This document shows positions 8,934 to 17,865 of a stretch of 64,000 nucleotides of DNA, piece by piece (position 1 is the first letter of the stretch; each line of letters opens with the position of its first letter). Where the stretch lies: assembly GCA_963748625.1 (NCBI GenBank), contig CAVVJT010000007.1:864001-928000 (forward strand). The letters are read 5' to 3'. The DNA is from an uncultured Chloroflexia bacterium (GTDB taxonomy: Bacteria > Chloroflexota > Limnocylindria > Limnocylindrales > CSP1-4). The notes below the pieces were generated by a model, which was not told the DNA's origin, made no database searches, and saw only the letters and a program-made list of their open reading frames with translations. Made by a program: the position numbers and the translations under genes.

Positions 8934-9755
8934 ATGGAGTTTCTGATCCTGACGGTGTTCTGGGGGTGCATCTGGGGCGCCCTATGTGCCTGGTTGGCGG
9001 GCGAGAAGGGCCGCGACGGAACGACCTGGTTCGTCCTAGGCTTCCTGTTCTCTCTTGTCGCCTTGCTCGTGCTCGGCTTCTCACCGTCAGGCGAACCGCC
9101 GCAGACCGTCGCGAGATCAACTGCCACGTTCGGGTCGCTCGACCTGGCACGCACACCACCGCCGGCGAGGGCGAGCACGTCCGGGGCACCAAGAAGCAAT
9201 GCCTCGAAGCGGTGCCCGGACTGCGCCGAGGAGGTGAAGGCCGAAGCCAGGATCTGCCGGTTCTGCCGCTATGAGTTCCCACCGACGCCAGAACCTCAGT
9301 TCGAGCCCGAGTCGGCCGCCGACGAGCAGTTGCTGCCACCAGTCGTGCTGGACCTGGGGCGCTGGGAGATGGCGTCTGCGGACACCGGCTTCCGGATGGG
9401 CGAGACCATCACTCTGTGCCGTGATGGCACGGCCCTCGAGGTCCGCTCCGCGCGGTTTACACGCCGGATCAGCATTCCCGACCGCGACCGCATCCAGGCC
9501 GAGGCCGACCGCCTGCGAGTCTACGATCCGATCTATGCGATGTCGTTCGCACCCTTGGACTCCCAAAGCACGTGCGCCACCGTTGCGCCACGCCCCGACA
9601 GGGAACTAGGCTACACCGCTTGCTCGTTGGGCCACCGGGCAGACGGCGCAGGAGTCACGCCGATACCGCCCCGTCGGCAACCGCCTACGGAGAGCGTCCG
9701 ACGAGAAGCAGCACGACAGCCGGAACGAGGCCGACCGCGACCACCAGCGAGATGA
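8934..9755 (+). CDS. Membrane protein with a zinc ribbon; C-terminus reads through the att core (probably truncated)
   Basis: MEFLILTVFWG...GRDGTTWFVLGFLFS (2 TM) and KRCPDCAEEVKAEARICRFCRYEF. From 9560 the frame translates the tRNA fragment (SQSTCATVAPRP). An in-frame upstream start at 8508 with two CxxC motifs is possible. Confidence 0.6.
   Translation: MEFLILTVFWGCIWGALCAWLAGEKGRDGTTWFVLGFLFSLVALLVLGFSPSGEPPQTVARSTATFGSLDLARTPPPARASTSGAPRSNASKRCPDCAEEVKAEARICRFCRYEFPPTPEPQFEPESAADEQLLPPVVLDLGRWEMASADTGFRMGETITLCRDGTALEVRSARFTRRISIPDRDRIQAEADRLRVYDPIYAMSFAPLDSQSTCATVAPRPDRELGYTACSLGHRADGAGVTPIPPRRQPPTESVRREAARQPERGRPRPPAR
9560..9599 (-). repeat. tRNA-Pro 5'-half copy 1 (att core; no left arm, atypical right flank)
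   Basis: 40/40 identical to 7405-7444. Confidence 0.92.
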
Positions 9756-10539
9756 CGGCCATCGGGCGGAACCAGGTGAGGCAGCCTGCGTGCTCCCTGT
9801 CCACAATCCTGCCTTCCGATCCGTAGAGCCGCCTCAACGCCCGGCTCTCGCGTCGCTGAAGCGCCTCGAAGTCCCGAACGCTGAGACCCAGCGCCAGCGC
9901 TTCGGCCTCAACCCGCAGTTGATCGCCGTCCCGCATCTGGCGCTCGTACTCCTCCATCGGGATCAGATCGCCCCTGGGGCCCCGCGAGCGTTCAAGGTCG
10001 GAGTACCTCCGCACCCGATCGCTCCGCTGCCGCTTGAGGTTCGCCATGTACTCCAGATAGGTGACCCCAGCCGCGCGAGCGGCGGCAGCGTACAGCTCGC
10101 GCCGCTGTGCATCCTGGGCCTCGAGCACCGGCAGCAGCCGGAGGCGAAGGGCGTTGTAGTCCCGCCGGTACTCCGCGACACGAGCCCAGGCCGCGTCCTG
10201 GTAAGCCTCGGTGCCTTCTGCCGCCCGGGCGCGTCGGTGCCACCACTTCGCCTCGTAGTCGAGCCGCCACAGGGCTGCGTCGGCGGTCGCCCAGCTGGGC
10301 TCACGCGTGAGCGTGCCCGAGCAGTCCGGGCATGTCCTGAACGTGCCAGGGCTCCACCGCTCGCAGTCGACGCAGACGGGCATGCCGCGAGTCTTGTGGG
10401 GGTCGATCACCGCAGGCCAGAGCCGATCGTCCCAAGTCGGCGGCATCGGCCGGCGCGGCAACCTCCTGAACACAGGCTCGAAGGGATGCTCCGGGCACCA
10501 GATGCACGTGTCAACGCGGCCGCGGGAGGCGGCGGCCAT
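9685..10539 (-). CDS. Hypothetical protein with a Cys4 zinc finger and C-terminal TM helix (unit 2 cargo)
   Basis: CVDCERW...CPDCSG, a helical middle region and a hydrophobic C-terminus; the only long plausible ORF in the unit. Start uncertain. Confidence 0.5.
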   Translation of the reverse strand: MAAASRGRVDTCIWCPEHPFEPVFRRLPRRPMPPTWDDRLWPAVIDPHKTRGMPVCVDCERWSPGTFRTCPDCSGTLTREPSWATADAALWRLDYEAKWWHRRARAAEGTEAYQDAAWARVAEYRRDYNALRLRLLPVLEAQDAQRRELYAAAARAAGVTYLEYMANLKRQRSDRVRRYSDLERSRGPRGDLIPMEEYERQMRDGDQLRVEAEALALGLSVRDFEALQRRESRALRRLYGSEGRIVDREHAGCLTWFRPMAVISLVVAVGLVPAVVLLLVGRSP

Positions 10540-10582
10540 GGAGCACGTCGCCTAGGAGGTGACCGAGTTGTTGTCCGTGATT

Positions 10583-10744
10583 GTGCTCGCGAAGCCCCTA
10601 ATACTCGGTGCCTACGCCGCTCAGCAGTTCGTGCTTGGAGGGGCCGACCCTACCCCGCATAGGCCCCAGCGGCTCCCAAAGCACGTGCGCCACCGTTGCG
10701 CCACGCCCCGACAGATTCCACGCTCAGGAAGCGCAAGTGCTTCC
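10583..10744. repeat. Full att-like site: left arm, tRNA 5'-half core (10673-10712), right-arm palindrome
   Basis: Core 40/40; arms align with the sites at 11877, 17470 and 20311. Confidence 0.9.
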
Positions 10745-10847
10745 GCACGAGCCCCACAAGGCTAGCCTGCCGCGCGGCGCTCCCGGGTGCTGCAACAGGG
10801 CCGGCTCCTGCGTCGTCATATGCACGCGTCCGCGGAAGGCAGGGGTC

Positions 10848-11849
10848 ATGCGGCGACACCTCCATCTTCTCGTCATGACGGCGATCCTCATCGGATGTGG
10901 ACCGGCTGGCCGGGAGGCGGCGGCTCCTGATCCGTCGATCCTGAACCCCAGGATCGCGTCGCCGGGTATGTTCGGGTCCGGTGGCCAGTCACAGGAGCCC
11001 TCCCTCAGGCCGTCGACCGCGCCGACGACCGGGCCATCGATGGCACCCTCATCATCGCCCGTGACGACACCATGCCCTGCAGTCTCGCCAGCCGCGGTCG
11101 CAGGCACCCGGGTCCGCCCGAAGGTGGACAGCCTCGCCGCCGTGATGACCGACAGCCTTCGCGTGCGGTCACAGCCCGGGCTCGCGGCAGACTCGAAGGT
11201 GCTGCACCGGAGGCTCATGCGCCGCGACGTGGTGTACGTGGTGGCGGGGCCGGTCTCGGCATCGTGCTACGCCTGGTACCAGGTCTACATCCCGTACGAC
11301 CCGGCACACGACCGGGACGAGACGTTCGGATGGGTCGCTGCGGCCAGCATCGAGGGCGAACCGTGGCTCGTCGGCGGTCAGCACCTCTGCCCAGAGCCGC
11401 CCAGGACCGTGTCGGACCTGGCTGACCTGCCGAGCAGCGTTGGCCTGGCGTGCTTCACAGGGCGACGGCTCACCTTCGAGGCATGGCTGGGCACCTACGA
11501 GACGTGCGGGATGTCCGAGGGGTGGACCATCGAGCCTCGCTGGCTTGGCGACACCTGCGCCGGCAACGACTACATGTGGATCGCCGACCGGAGAGCTCGT
11601 AACGCCAGCGACTTCGGCGCGAACGAGCCGGTCCCCGCCGTCATCGCGCCGAAGGTGGACACGTCGCGATTCCACCCGGGCAATCTGCCGAAGGAGTGGA
11701 TCCCAGTCAAGGTGACCGGGATCTTCGACCACAGGGCTGCGAGATCGTGCCACGGCGTCTCCGAAGGGGAGACCGTACCGATCACCGACGACCAAGCCGT
11801 CCTGCAATGTCGCGCCGAGTTCGTGATCACCTCGATCCAGAGGCGATGA
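10848..11849 (+). CDS. Lipoprotein with an SH3-like domain (unit 3 cargo)
   Basis: Lipobox AILIGC, Pro/Ser/Thr linker, TDSLRVRSQPG...GPV...WYQV...GWVAA; paralog of 25297-26262. Confidence 0.75.
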   Translation: MRRHLHLLVMTAILIGCGPAGREAAAPDPSILNPRIASPGMFGSGGQSQEPSLRPSTAPTTGPSMAPSSSPVTTPCPAVSPAAVAGTRVRPKVDSLAAVMTDSLRVRSQPGLAADSKVLHRRLMRRDVVYVVAGPVSASCYAWYQVYIPYDPAHDRDETFGWVAAASIEGEPWLVGGQHLCPEPPRTVSDLADLPSSVGLACFTGRRLTFEAWLGTYETCGMSEGWTIEPRWLGDTCAGNDYMWIADRRARNASDFGANEPVPAVIAPKVDTSRFHPGNLPKEWIPVKVTGIFDHRAARSCHGVSEGETVPITDDQAVLQCRAEFVITSIQRR

Positions 11850-11876
11850 CCGCCGACCAGTAGTCGCCGTCGACCC

Positions 11877-12075
11877 GTGCTCGCGTAGCCCCAAATAGTC
11901 GGTGCCTACACCGCTCGGGGATCCACGCTCAGGACCACCGATCCTACAACGCTTACGCCCCCGGGACCCCCAAAGCGCACGTGCGCCACCGTTGCGCCAC
12001 GCCCCGACTGATTTCGTGCGCAGAAGCGCCTGCGCTTCGCGAGCGGCGCCCACAAGCCTTGCCTGCCGTGCTCCC
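11877..12075. repeat. Full att-like site; core 11967-12008 has a 2-nt insertion and one substitution
   Basis: CCCCCAAAGCGCACGTGCGCCACCGTTGCGCCACGCCCCGAC with both conserved arms. Confidence 0.88.
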
Positions 12076-12312
12076 AGCGCACGATGCGTGCCTGCGGGAG
12101 GGCAGCCTGGGCCCGGCGTGGTCGCCGGTCCGGGGCCCTTCGCCTCTCGACACTCCGGCGCGTCACGATCATCGTTGCCGCCAGCAAGACACATCGATGC
12201 GTGGCCCATACCAAGGGCCGCTGGACCCCGCTGAGCCACCGATCGGCCGCACCGGAAGGGCGTTCCCGGCGACACCGTGTAGCAGATCTGCTCCCGGACG
12301 CATCTATAGGGC

Positions 12313-12852
12313 ATGAACGGTCAGGTGATGGGCGGTCAGAGGGTCGTCACCACGGTCGAGCTCGCGGGGGCCGGCGACGAGGCGGCCTTCGCCCAGTTGG
12401 TGGCGACCTATCACGCCGACATGGCCCGGGTCGCGTTTGTCGCCTGTGGCGACAGGGACCTGGCCGAGGACGCGGTCCAGGCGGCCTGGCTCGTCGCCTG
12501 GCGCAAGCTCCACTCGCTGCGGGATCCAGATCGGGTCCGCCCATGGCTCCTCTCGGTGACCGCCAACGAGGCCCGCCAGATCGTCCGCCGGCGCCGCGGT
12601 CCGGTCATCGAGATCGATGTCGAGGCGGCCGGCGATCCCCGCGGCGACCCGTCGGACGGTATCGAGCGCCTCGACCTCCGCCGGGCGCTGGCGCACCTCT
12701 CGCCCGACGACCGCACCCTGCTCGCCATGCACTACCTCGTCGACCTCAGCTCGGACGAGCTCGGCGCGGCCGTCGGCACGTCGTCGTCGACCGCCCGCAC
12801 GCGGCTCTCACGGGCCGTCGAGCGCCTCAGGAAGGAGCTCCGCGATGGCTGA
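12313..12852 (+). CDS. ECF sigma factor (unit 4 cargo)
   Basis: AGDEAAFAQLV...LAEDAVQAAWLVAWRKL.SLRDP....PWL and region 4 TARTRLSRA. Confidence 0.9.
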   Translation: MNGQVMGGQRVVTTVELAGAGDEAAFAQLVATYHADMARVAFVACGDRDLAEDAVQAAWLVAWRKLHSLRDPDRVRPWLLSVTANEARQIVRRRRGPVIEIDVEAAGDPRGDPSDGIERLDLRRALAHLSPDDRTLLAMHYLVDLSSDELGAAVGTSSSTARTRLSRAVERLRKELRDG

Positions 12853-14650
12853 TCGCGATCGCTTCGAGCTCGACCTCGCCGTGGCTCTCCGCGCCTACGC
12901 GGAGGACGCGCCGACGCAGATCCGTCCGACGGAGCTCGCCCGGCACTTCGCCACTGCGTACCCCCACGGGCGAACCGCGATCGGTCGCTGGGGTCTGGTG
13001 GCCGTCCCGCGCCGCGCCTGGGCCCTGCTCCTGCTAGCGGCCCTGCTCGCCGCGATGCTCGGCGGCATGAATCTCGTCGGCTCGCCGATGCTGCGAAGGC
13101 TCCCGGCCGTCGTGACGCCCGTCGGCCAGGTGTTCGAATGTCCGACCGGATCGACGCCCGACGAGCCCGGCCCGATCGACCAGGCCCGGCCGGCCCATGA
13201 ACCGGCAACACTCTCGGCGATGGCGTTCGACCGCCGGGCCGGCAGACTCGTGACTCTCGCGGACATCCTCACGGGCGACGAGGTCACTGGCACCCAGACG
13301 TGGACGTTCGACGTGTGCACGAACACCTGGACGCGTATGCACCCGGACCGGGAGCCGCCCAGCTCAAGCCATGGGCTCGTCTACGACGTCGACTCCGACG
13401 TGACGATCCTGGTCACCGCCCGGGAGGTGTGGGCCTACGACCTCGGGGCCGACACCTGGACGCTGAAGGGCTCCGTCCCTCCGTTCGACCCGACGGCTTC
13501 CGACCTGGCGGCGTCCTGGGCCTACGACCCGGTCACGGGCCTGGTCGTCACCGCGGCAGCGGAGTTCGCCGCGGGACCCGACTACAGAGCCCGTCCGCCG
13601 CGGCTCTGGACCTACGACGTCGCCACCGACACGTGGACGCCGATCCGCCAGGACAGCCCGCCGGCCTCCTGGGATCGCGGTGTGGGCTTCGCCTACGACG
13701 CGTCAGCGGACAGGTTGATCGCGTTCGGCGTCTATCAATCGACGGGACGCCGGGACGAGACGTGGACCTTCGACCTCCGCACCGGCGCCTGGTCGAGGGC
13801 CGGCGCCGACACGCCGCAGATCGTGGGCGTATGGGGGATGGCAGAGTATCCCCCGGTGATGGTCTACGACGAAGCGGAACAGCGGACCCTCGTCTCCGGC
13901 CATGGCGGCCTGGCCGCTTACGATGCGACCGCGGATCGCTGGGAGAACCTGAACGGGATCGATGCCCGTCAGGGATCGGTCGAGTTCGGCGAGTTGGGCC
14001 CCTCAGCCGAGTGGTCAATGGACATGTACGACTCCGTGAACGGACGGCTCGTCGGCCTCGGCGGCGGCAACGGCATCTGGGCGTTCGACCCGGCGACCGG
14101 CCAGTGGACAGTCCTGCTCGAAGGGCGTGAGGTGGTGAACCCACCGACCGACGACGAGGTGGGTATGGCCGTGTCACCTCGGCCGGGCTGGGCCCCGGAG
14201 CTCGAGGCGCTGCTCCCTTCGAACGTGGACGGCGTGACGTTCACGAAGACGAGCGTGGCCGGCCGGCCTCTCTCGACCCGCCTCGGCAAGGGCGGTTGGG
14301 GGTCGGTGCCGCTCGGGTCCGACGAGCTGAACCCGTTCCTGGGTGACCACGGGAAGGGACTCACCGACCTGAGCATCGCCGTCGCGACCCCGATCGATCG
14401 GTCGCGGGCGGACACCTTCGCCATCGCGTTCCAGGTGAAGGGCGTCGAGGCGACGGAGTTGGCCAGGCTCCTGGCAGACCCCTACACCGCCATCGACGCG
14501 AGGTCCGCCATCGTCGGCGGGAAGGAGGTCCAGAGAATCCGGGAGACCCGGGGGATGGGCTTCGACCTGTACGTCAAGGACGATGTCCTGTTCTACGTCT
14601 TCACCGACGGCACCCCGCTCATCGACGGGATCGTCGCGGCCCTGCCCTGA
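12845..14650 (+). CDS. Putative anti-sigma factor with TM helix and extracellular Kelch-like beta-propeller
   Basis: Overlaps the sigma stop codon; TM WALLLLAALLAAMLGG; repeated TWTFD..T.TW and WAYD...DTW blades. Confidence 0.75.
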   Translation: MADRDRFELDLAVALRAYAEDAPTQIRPTELARHFATAYPHGRTAIGRWGLVAVPRRAWALLLLAALLAAMLGGMNLVGSPMLRRLPAVVTPVGQVFECPTGSTPDEPGPIDQARPAHEPATLSAMAFDRRAGRLVTLADILTGDEVTGTQTWTFDVCTNTWTRMHPDREPPSSSHGLVYDVDSDVTILVTAREVWAYDLGADTWTLKGSVPPFDPTASDLAASWAYDPVTGLVVTAAAEFAAGPDYRARPPRLWTYDVATDTWTPIRQDSPPASWDRGVGFAYDASADRLIAFGVYQSTGRRDETWTFDLRTGAWSRAGADTPQIVGVWGMAEYPPVMVYDEAEQRTLVSGHGGLAAYDATADRWENLNGIDARQGSVEFGELGPSAEWSMDMYDSVNGRLVGLGGGNGIWAFDPATGQWTVLLEGREVVNPPTDDEVGMAVSPRPGWAPELEALLPSNVDGVTFTKTSVAGRPLSTRLGKGGWGSVPLGSDELNPFLGDHGKGLTDLSIAVATPIDRSRADTFAIAFQVKGVEATELARLLADPYTAIDARSAIVGGKEVQRIRETRGMGFDLYVKDDVLFYVFTDGTPLIDGIVAALP

Positions 14651-14700
14651 CGTTGGCGGAACCGCCATCGACCGTGAGAGCGTCCCGAAGGAGAGAAGGG

Positions 14701-14982
14701 ATGAAGGCGCGCAGCTCGCCCGTTCGGCTGCTGGTCGCCCTGGCCTGTCTGGCCCTGCTGGCCGGGTGCGCCGCCCCCGCGAGTCCGACTCCAGCTTCGG
14801 CAACCCCGGATTTCAGCGAGCCTCCCCTCGGCGGCGGTCACGACACCGGCGACTGCCACAACGGCTACCACGGCCCCCACGCCGGCTCCCACACCGAGCG
14901 TCGAAGTGGCGGTTCGTGCTTGGAGGGGCCGACCCTACACCGCATAGGCCCCAGCGGCTCGGGCACCTCGCCTCTGGCCTGA
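14701..14982 (+). pseudogene. Truncated lipoprotein gene fused to an att left-arm half-site
   Basis: Good signal peptide and lipobox (LALLAGC) and SD, but the frame runs into the arm sequence at 14912-14960 and stops. Confidence 0.55.
14912..14960. repeat. Orphan left-arm half-site with no tRNA core
   Basis: 48/49 identical to 10627-10675; identity stops after the first 3 nt (CTC) of the core. Confidence 0.88.
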
Positions 14983-15005
14983 AACACCGGGAGGGCCGTG
15001 GCGTC
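14980..15005 (+). promoter_or_regulatory. ECF-type promoter TGAAAC-N16-CGTC
   Basis: Matches the canonical AAC/CGT ECF promoter pattern, immediately upstream of ECF gene 15014. Confidence 0.6.
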
Positions 15006-15013
15006 TCATCGCC

Positions 15014-15586
15014 GTGGATCCCGTGATCTCTCCCCTCGAGGCGGTCGATGCCGCAGGCGCCCACCGCGCCGCGCAGGCGGATGCGGCCGTCGTGGCCGCG
15101 TGGACCGCCCACCACGCGGAGGTCTTCGCGTTTCTCGTCCGGACCACCCGCAGCCCGGAAGCTGCCGAGGATCTCCTCCAGGAGGCGTACCTGCGCCTGA
15201 CCACCGAGATCCGGGCCGGCCGGGCGCCGGACAACACCCGGGCCTGGCTCTACCGCGTGAGCGCCAACCTCGCGGTCAGCCGCGGGCGGCGCCTCTCGGC
15301 CGCCTTCCGGGGGATCGTCAGGATCCGCAGCACCTCCGCGCCACTCACGACGACCTTCACCCCGGAGGCGAGCTACCTCGGTCGCGAGGGCCGGGCCGGC
15401 CTCCTCGCGGCCCTCGCGGACCTGGCGCCCGATGCCCGGGCCGCGCTCCTGCTGTCGGCCGAGGGCTTCACCGGTGCCGAGATCGCCGCCGCGATCGGGC
15501 GCTCCGATGCCGCAACCCGGACCCTGCTCTGCCGGACCCGCGTCCAGGTCCGTGGCCGGCTCGAAGGGGCGGAGGCCGTCCGATGA
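15014..15586 (+). CDS. ECF sigma factor
   Basis: AAEDLLQEAYLRL...RAWLYRVSANLAVS and EIAAAIGRSDAATRTLLCRTR. Confidence 0.9.
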   Translation: MDPVISPLEAVDAAGAHRAAQADAAVVAAWTAHHAEVFAFLVRTTRSPEAAEDLLQEAYLRLTTEIRAGRAPDNTRAWLYRVSANLAVSRGRRLSAAFRGIVRIRSTSAPLTTTFTPEASYLGREGRAGLLAALADLAPDARAALLLSAEGFTGAEIAAAIGRSDAATRTLLCRTRVQVRGRLEGAEAVR

Positions 15587-17424
15587 CGTCCCACGACACG
15601 TTCCTGCAGCTCGCCGCCATCGCGGTCGACTACCCGCTCTCGTCCGGCGATCGCGGCCGCCTCGAGGCGCACCTCGCCTCGTGCCCGGCCTGCGCCCGCT
15701 CGGCCCACGGCTTCCGGGCCGACGCCATCGCCTTCGGGGACCTGCCGCCCGCCGTCCTGCCGGAGCGCCGCGGGGCCGAGATCCTCGCCGCGGCCATGCA
15801 CCCGGCGACCGTCCGGCACCCGCTCCGGCTGGTGCTCGTCGCCGCCCTGCTTGCCCTGCTGGCCCTCGGCTCGCTCGTCGCCGGGGCGGAGCTGCTACGG
15901 CGGAGCCAGGACGACGACCTCTCGGTCGTGCCCCCGGTACCGACGGAGACGCCCGTCGCGACGGAGACGCCCGGCCCGGTGCCGTCGGCCTCGGTCATGC
16001 CGTCGGTCTCCCTCGCGCCGTCGGCCCCGCCGGTGAACAGGCCCGTGGTCACTCCGGCCTCGTTGCCGCTGCCATCGGGCTCCGTCTCGCTCGCACCGGC
16101 CGCGGCCGGCGGCGTCTGGGTCCTTGTGAACGACCTGCCCAACCTCTCCAGTGAGTCGGGCCGAGCGGTCCTCGCGCTTCTCACCAAGGACGGCGAGCCC
16201 GCCCCGGGCTGGCCGCAGGAGATCCAGGATGTGGACTGCAGCATGTGGGCCGGCAGCGAGTGGGCCGGCATCCCGGCATCGCCGGCGTCGCAGCTGCCGG
16301 TTGTCGCCCCGGACGGCAGCGTCCGCCTCCTGTGCTGGACGGCACCCCCGGATGCGACATCAGCCGTGTTCGCGCTCTCGTTCGACGCCGCCGGCGCAGC
16401 GTCCCCCGGATGGCCGGTCATGCTGCCGTCTGACCCGGTCGACGCCCGGCTGATCGACGACACGCTGGTCATTGCGACATCTTCGCTGACCACCGACGCT
16501 GAGGGGAACGTGCTGGAGGTCGAGTATCGGATCCTGCGGATCAGCGCGGCCGGGCAGCTCGAGCAGGGTCAGGCGGTTGCGCCGGTCGATCTGGGGAACT
16601 ACGCGCCGAACCTGAGGATAGATGGGGCGCCGAACCTGGCCGCCGATGGGGTCGCGTTCCTCAGATGGGTCCGTGACGAAGGCCCCGAACCGGCAACCGA
16701 CATCCTGGCGTTTGGGTTTGACGGCGCACTGCCGGGCTGGCCGGTCTCGGTGCCCGGAATCGTCTCGGCCGTCGTCACCGGGCCGGATGGGCGCTACTAC
16801 GCGACTGCCTCGGCGAGGGCCAAGGATGCGGACGCGCTCGCCCCAAGCCAGAAGCTCGTCGCGCTCACCCCCAGCGGGACGCTGTCCGTCGGGTTGGATC
16901 TGCCCGTGGCTGGAATCTCCGCGGCCACGTTTGCGGGCGGGTACGCACCGCTCAGGCCCACGCTCGGGCCCGGCGGATCCGCGTGGGTCCCGGGCGTCAA
17001 CACCCGCGACAACGTCGTCGTCCACGCGCTCGGACCGGACGGCATGGTCCGCGACGGGTGGCCGTGGCGGGCCGGTGCGCCTATCGAGGAGCAGGGCGAG
17101 TGCGGGCAGGGCGAGACAGGATGCGGCGTGTGGCGGACCGTGCCAGCCCTCGGACCCGGTGAGGTGCTCCTGGTCCTCCTGGGGCCGGCTGATCGGACGA
17201 GCGGCGGGCAGGTCGTCGCGGTCGGGCCGGATGGGCGGGTCGTTGACGGCTGGCCGGTGACGCTCACGAACCCGGCCGGGCGCTGGGATGTGGTGGTGGC
17301 CGGCACCGACGGGACGGTCTACGCGACGGCGATCGAGTCCGGCGCCCGCACGTCGACGACCACGCTTCTCGCGATCGCGCCGGACAGCGAGGTGGTCTGG
17401 CGGTCGACGCTCGTCGGCAAGTGA
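15583..17424 (+). CDS. Zinc-binding (HxxxCxxC) anti-sigma factor with TM helix and extracellular repeat domain
   Basis: ATGA overlap with the sigma gene; HLASCPAC; TM; repeated (P)GWP motifs of a propeller-like domain. Confidence 0.82.
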   Translation: MTSHDTFLQLAAIAVDYPLSSGDRGRLEAHLASCPACARSAHGFRADAIAFGDLPPAVLPERRGAEILAAAMHPATVRHPLRLVLVAALLALLALGSLVAGAELLRRSQDDDLSVVPPVPTETPVATETPGPVPSASVMPSVSLAPSAPPVNRPVVTPASLPLPSGSVSLAPAAAGGVWVLVNDLPNLSSESGRAVLALLTKDGEPAPGWPQEIQDVDCSMWAGSEWAGIPASPASQLPVVAPDGSVRLLCWTAPPDATSAVFALSFDAAGAASPGWPVMLPSDPVDARLIDDTLVIATSSLTTDAEGNVLEVEYRILRISAAGQLEQGQAVAPVDLGNYAPNLRIDGAPNLAADGVAFLRWVRDEGPEPATDILAFGFDGALPGWPVSVPGIVSAVVTGPDGRYYATASARAKDADALAPSQKLVALTPSGTLSVGLDLPVAGISAATFAGGYAPLRPTLGPGGSAWVPGVNTRDNVVVHALGPDGMVRDGWPWRAGAPIEEQGECGQGETGCGVWRTVPALGPGEVLLVLLGPADRTSGGQVVAVGPDGRVVDGWPVTLTNPAGRWDVVVAGTDGTVYATAIESGARTSTTTLLAIAPDSEVVWRSTLVGK

Positions 17425-17469
17425 CGCCAAGCCCACCCGTCAGCGCTGCCGGCAACACGGCTGTCTGTC

Positions 17470-17631
17470 GTGCTCCCGTAGCCCCGAATAGTCGGTGCCT
17501 ACGCCGCTCGGCTCGCCACGCTCATGACCCCCGACCCTGCACCGCATAGGCCCCGGGGACTCCCAAAGCACGTGCGCCACCGTTGCGCCACGCCCCGACT
17601 GATTTCGTGCTCAGGAAGCGCATGTGCTTCC
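17470..17631. repeat. Full att-like site; core 17560-17599
   Basis: Core 40/40; right arm TTTCGTGCTCAGGAAGCGCATGTGCTTCC is identical to the leader of the intact tRNA. Confidence 0.92.
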
Positions 17632-17865
17632 GGCTCGAGTCCGATGTGCCGAAGCTACAGCGCTTCCTCGTCGGCGTGCGCCGGCCGATCTGGCCGTGCC
17701 GGAGCGCGCAGCGCCATTCCATGAGCCCGAGTGCTCTCGCGCAACACCTGGATGCGGCCGATCGTTTCAGCAACGGCGGCGAGACTGGAGTCGAAGCCCG
17801 CGAGCCGGGCTCGGCCGCAGGGCGACCGGTCTCAGCCGGCAACCCAGCGTCCCGAGGAGTGCGGG

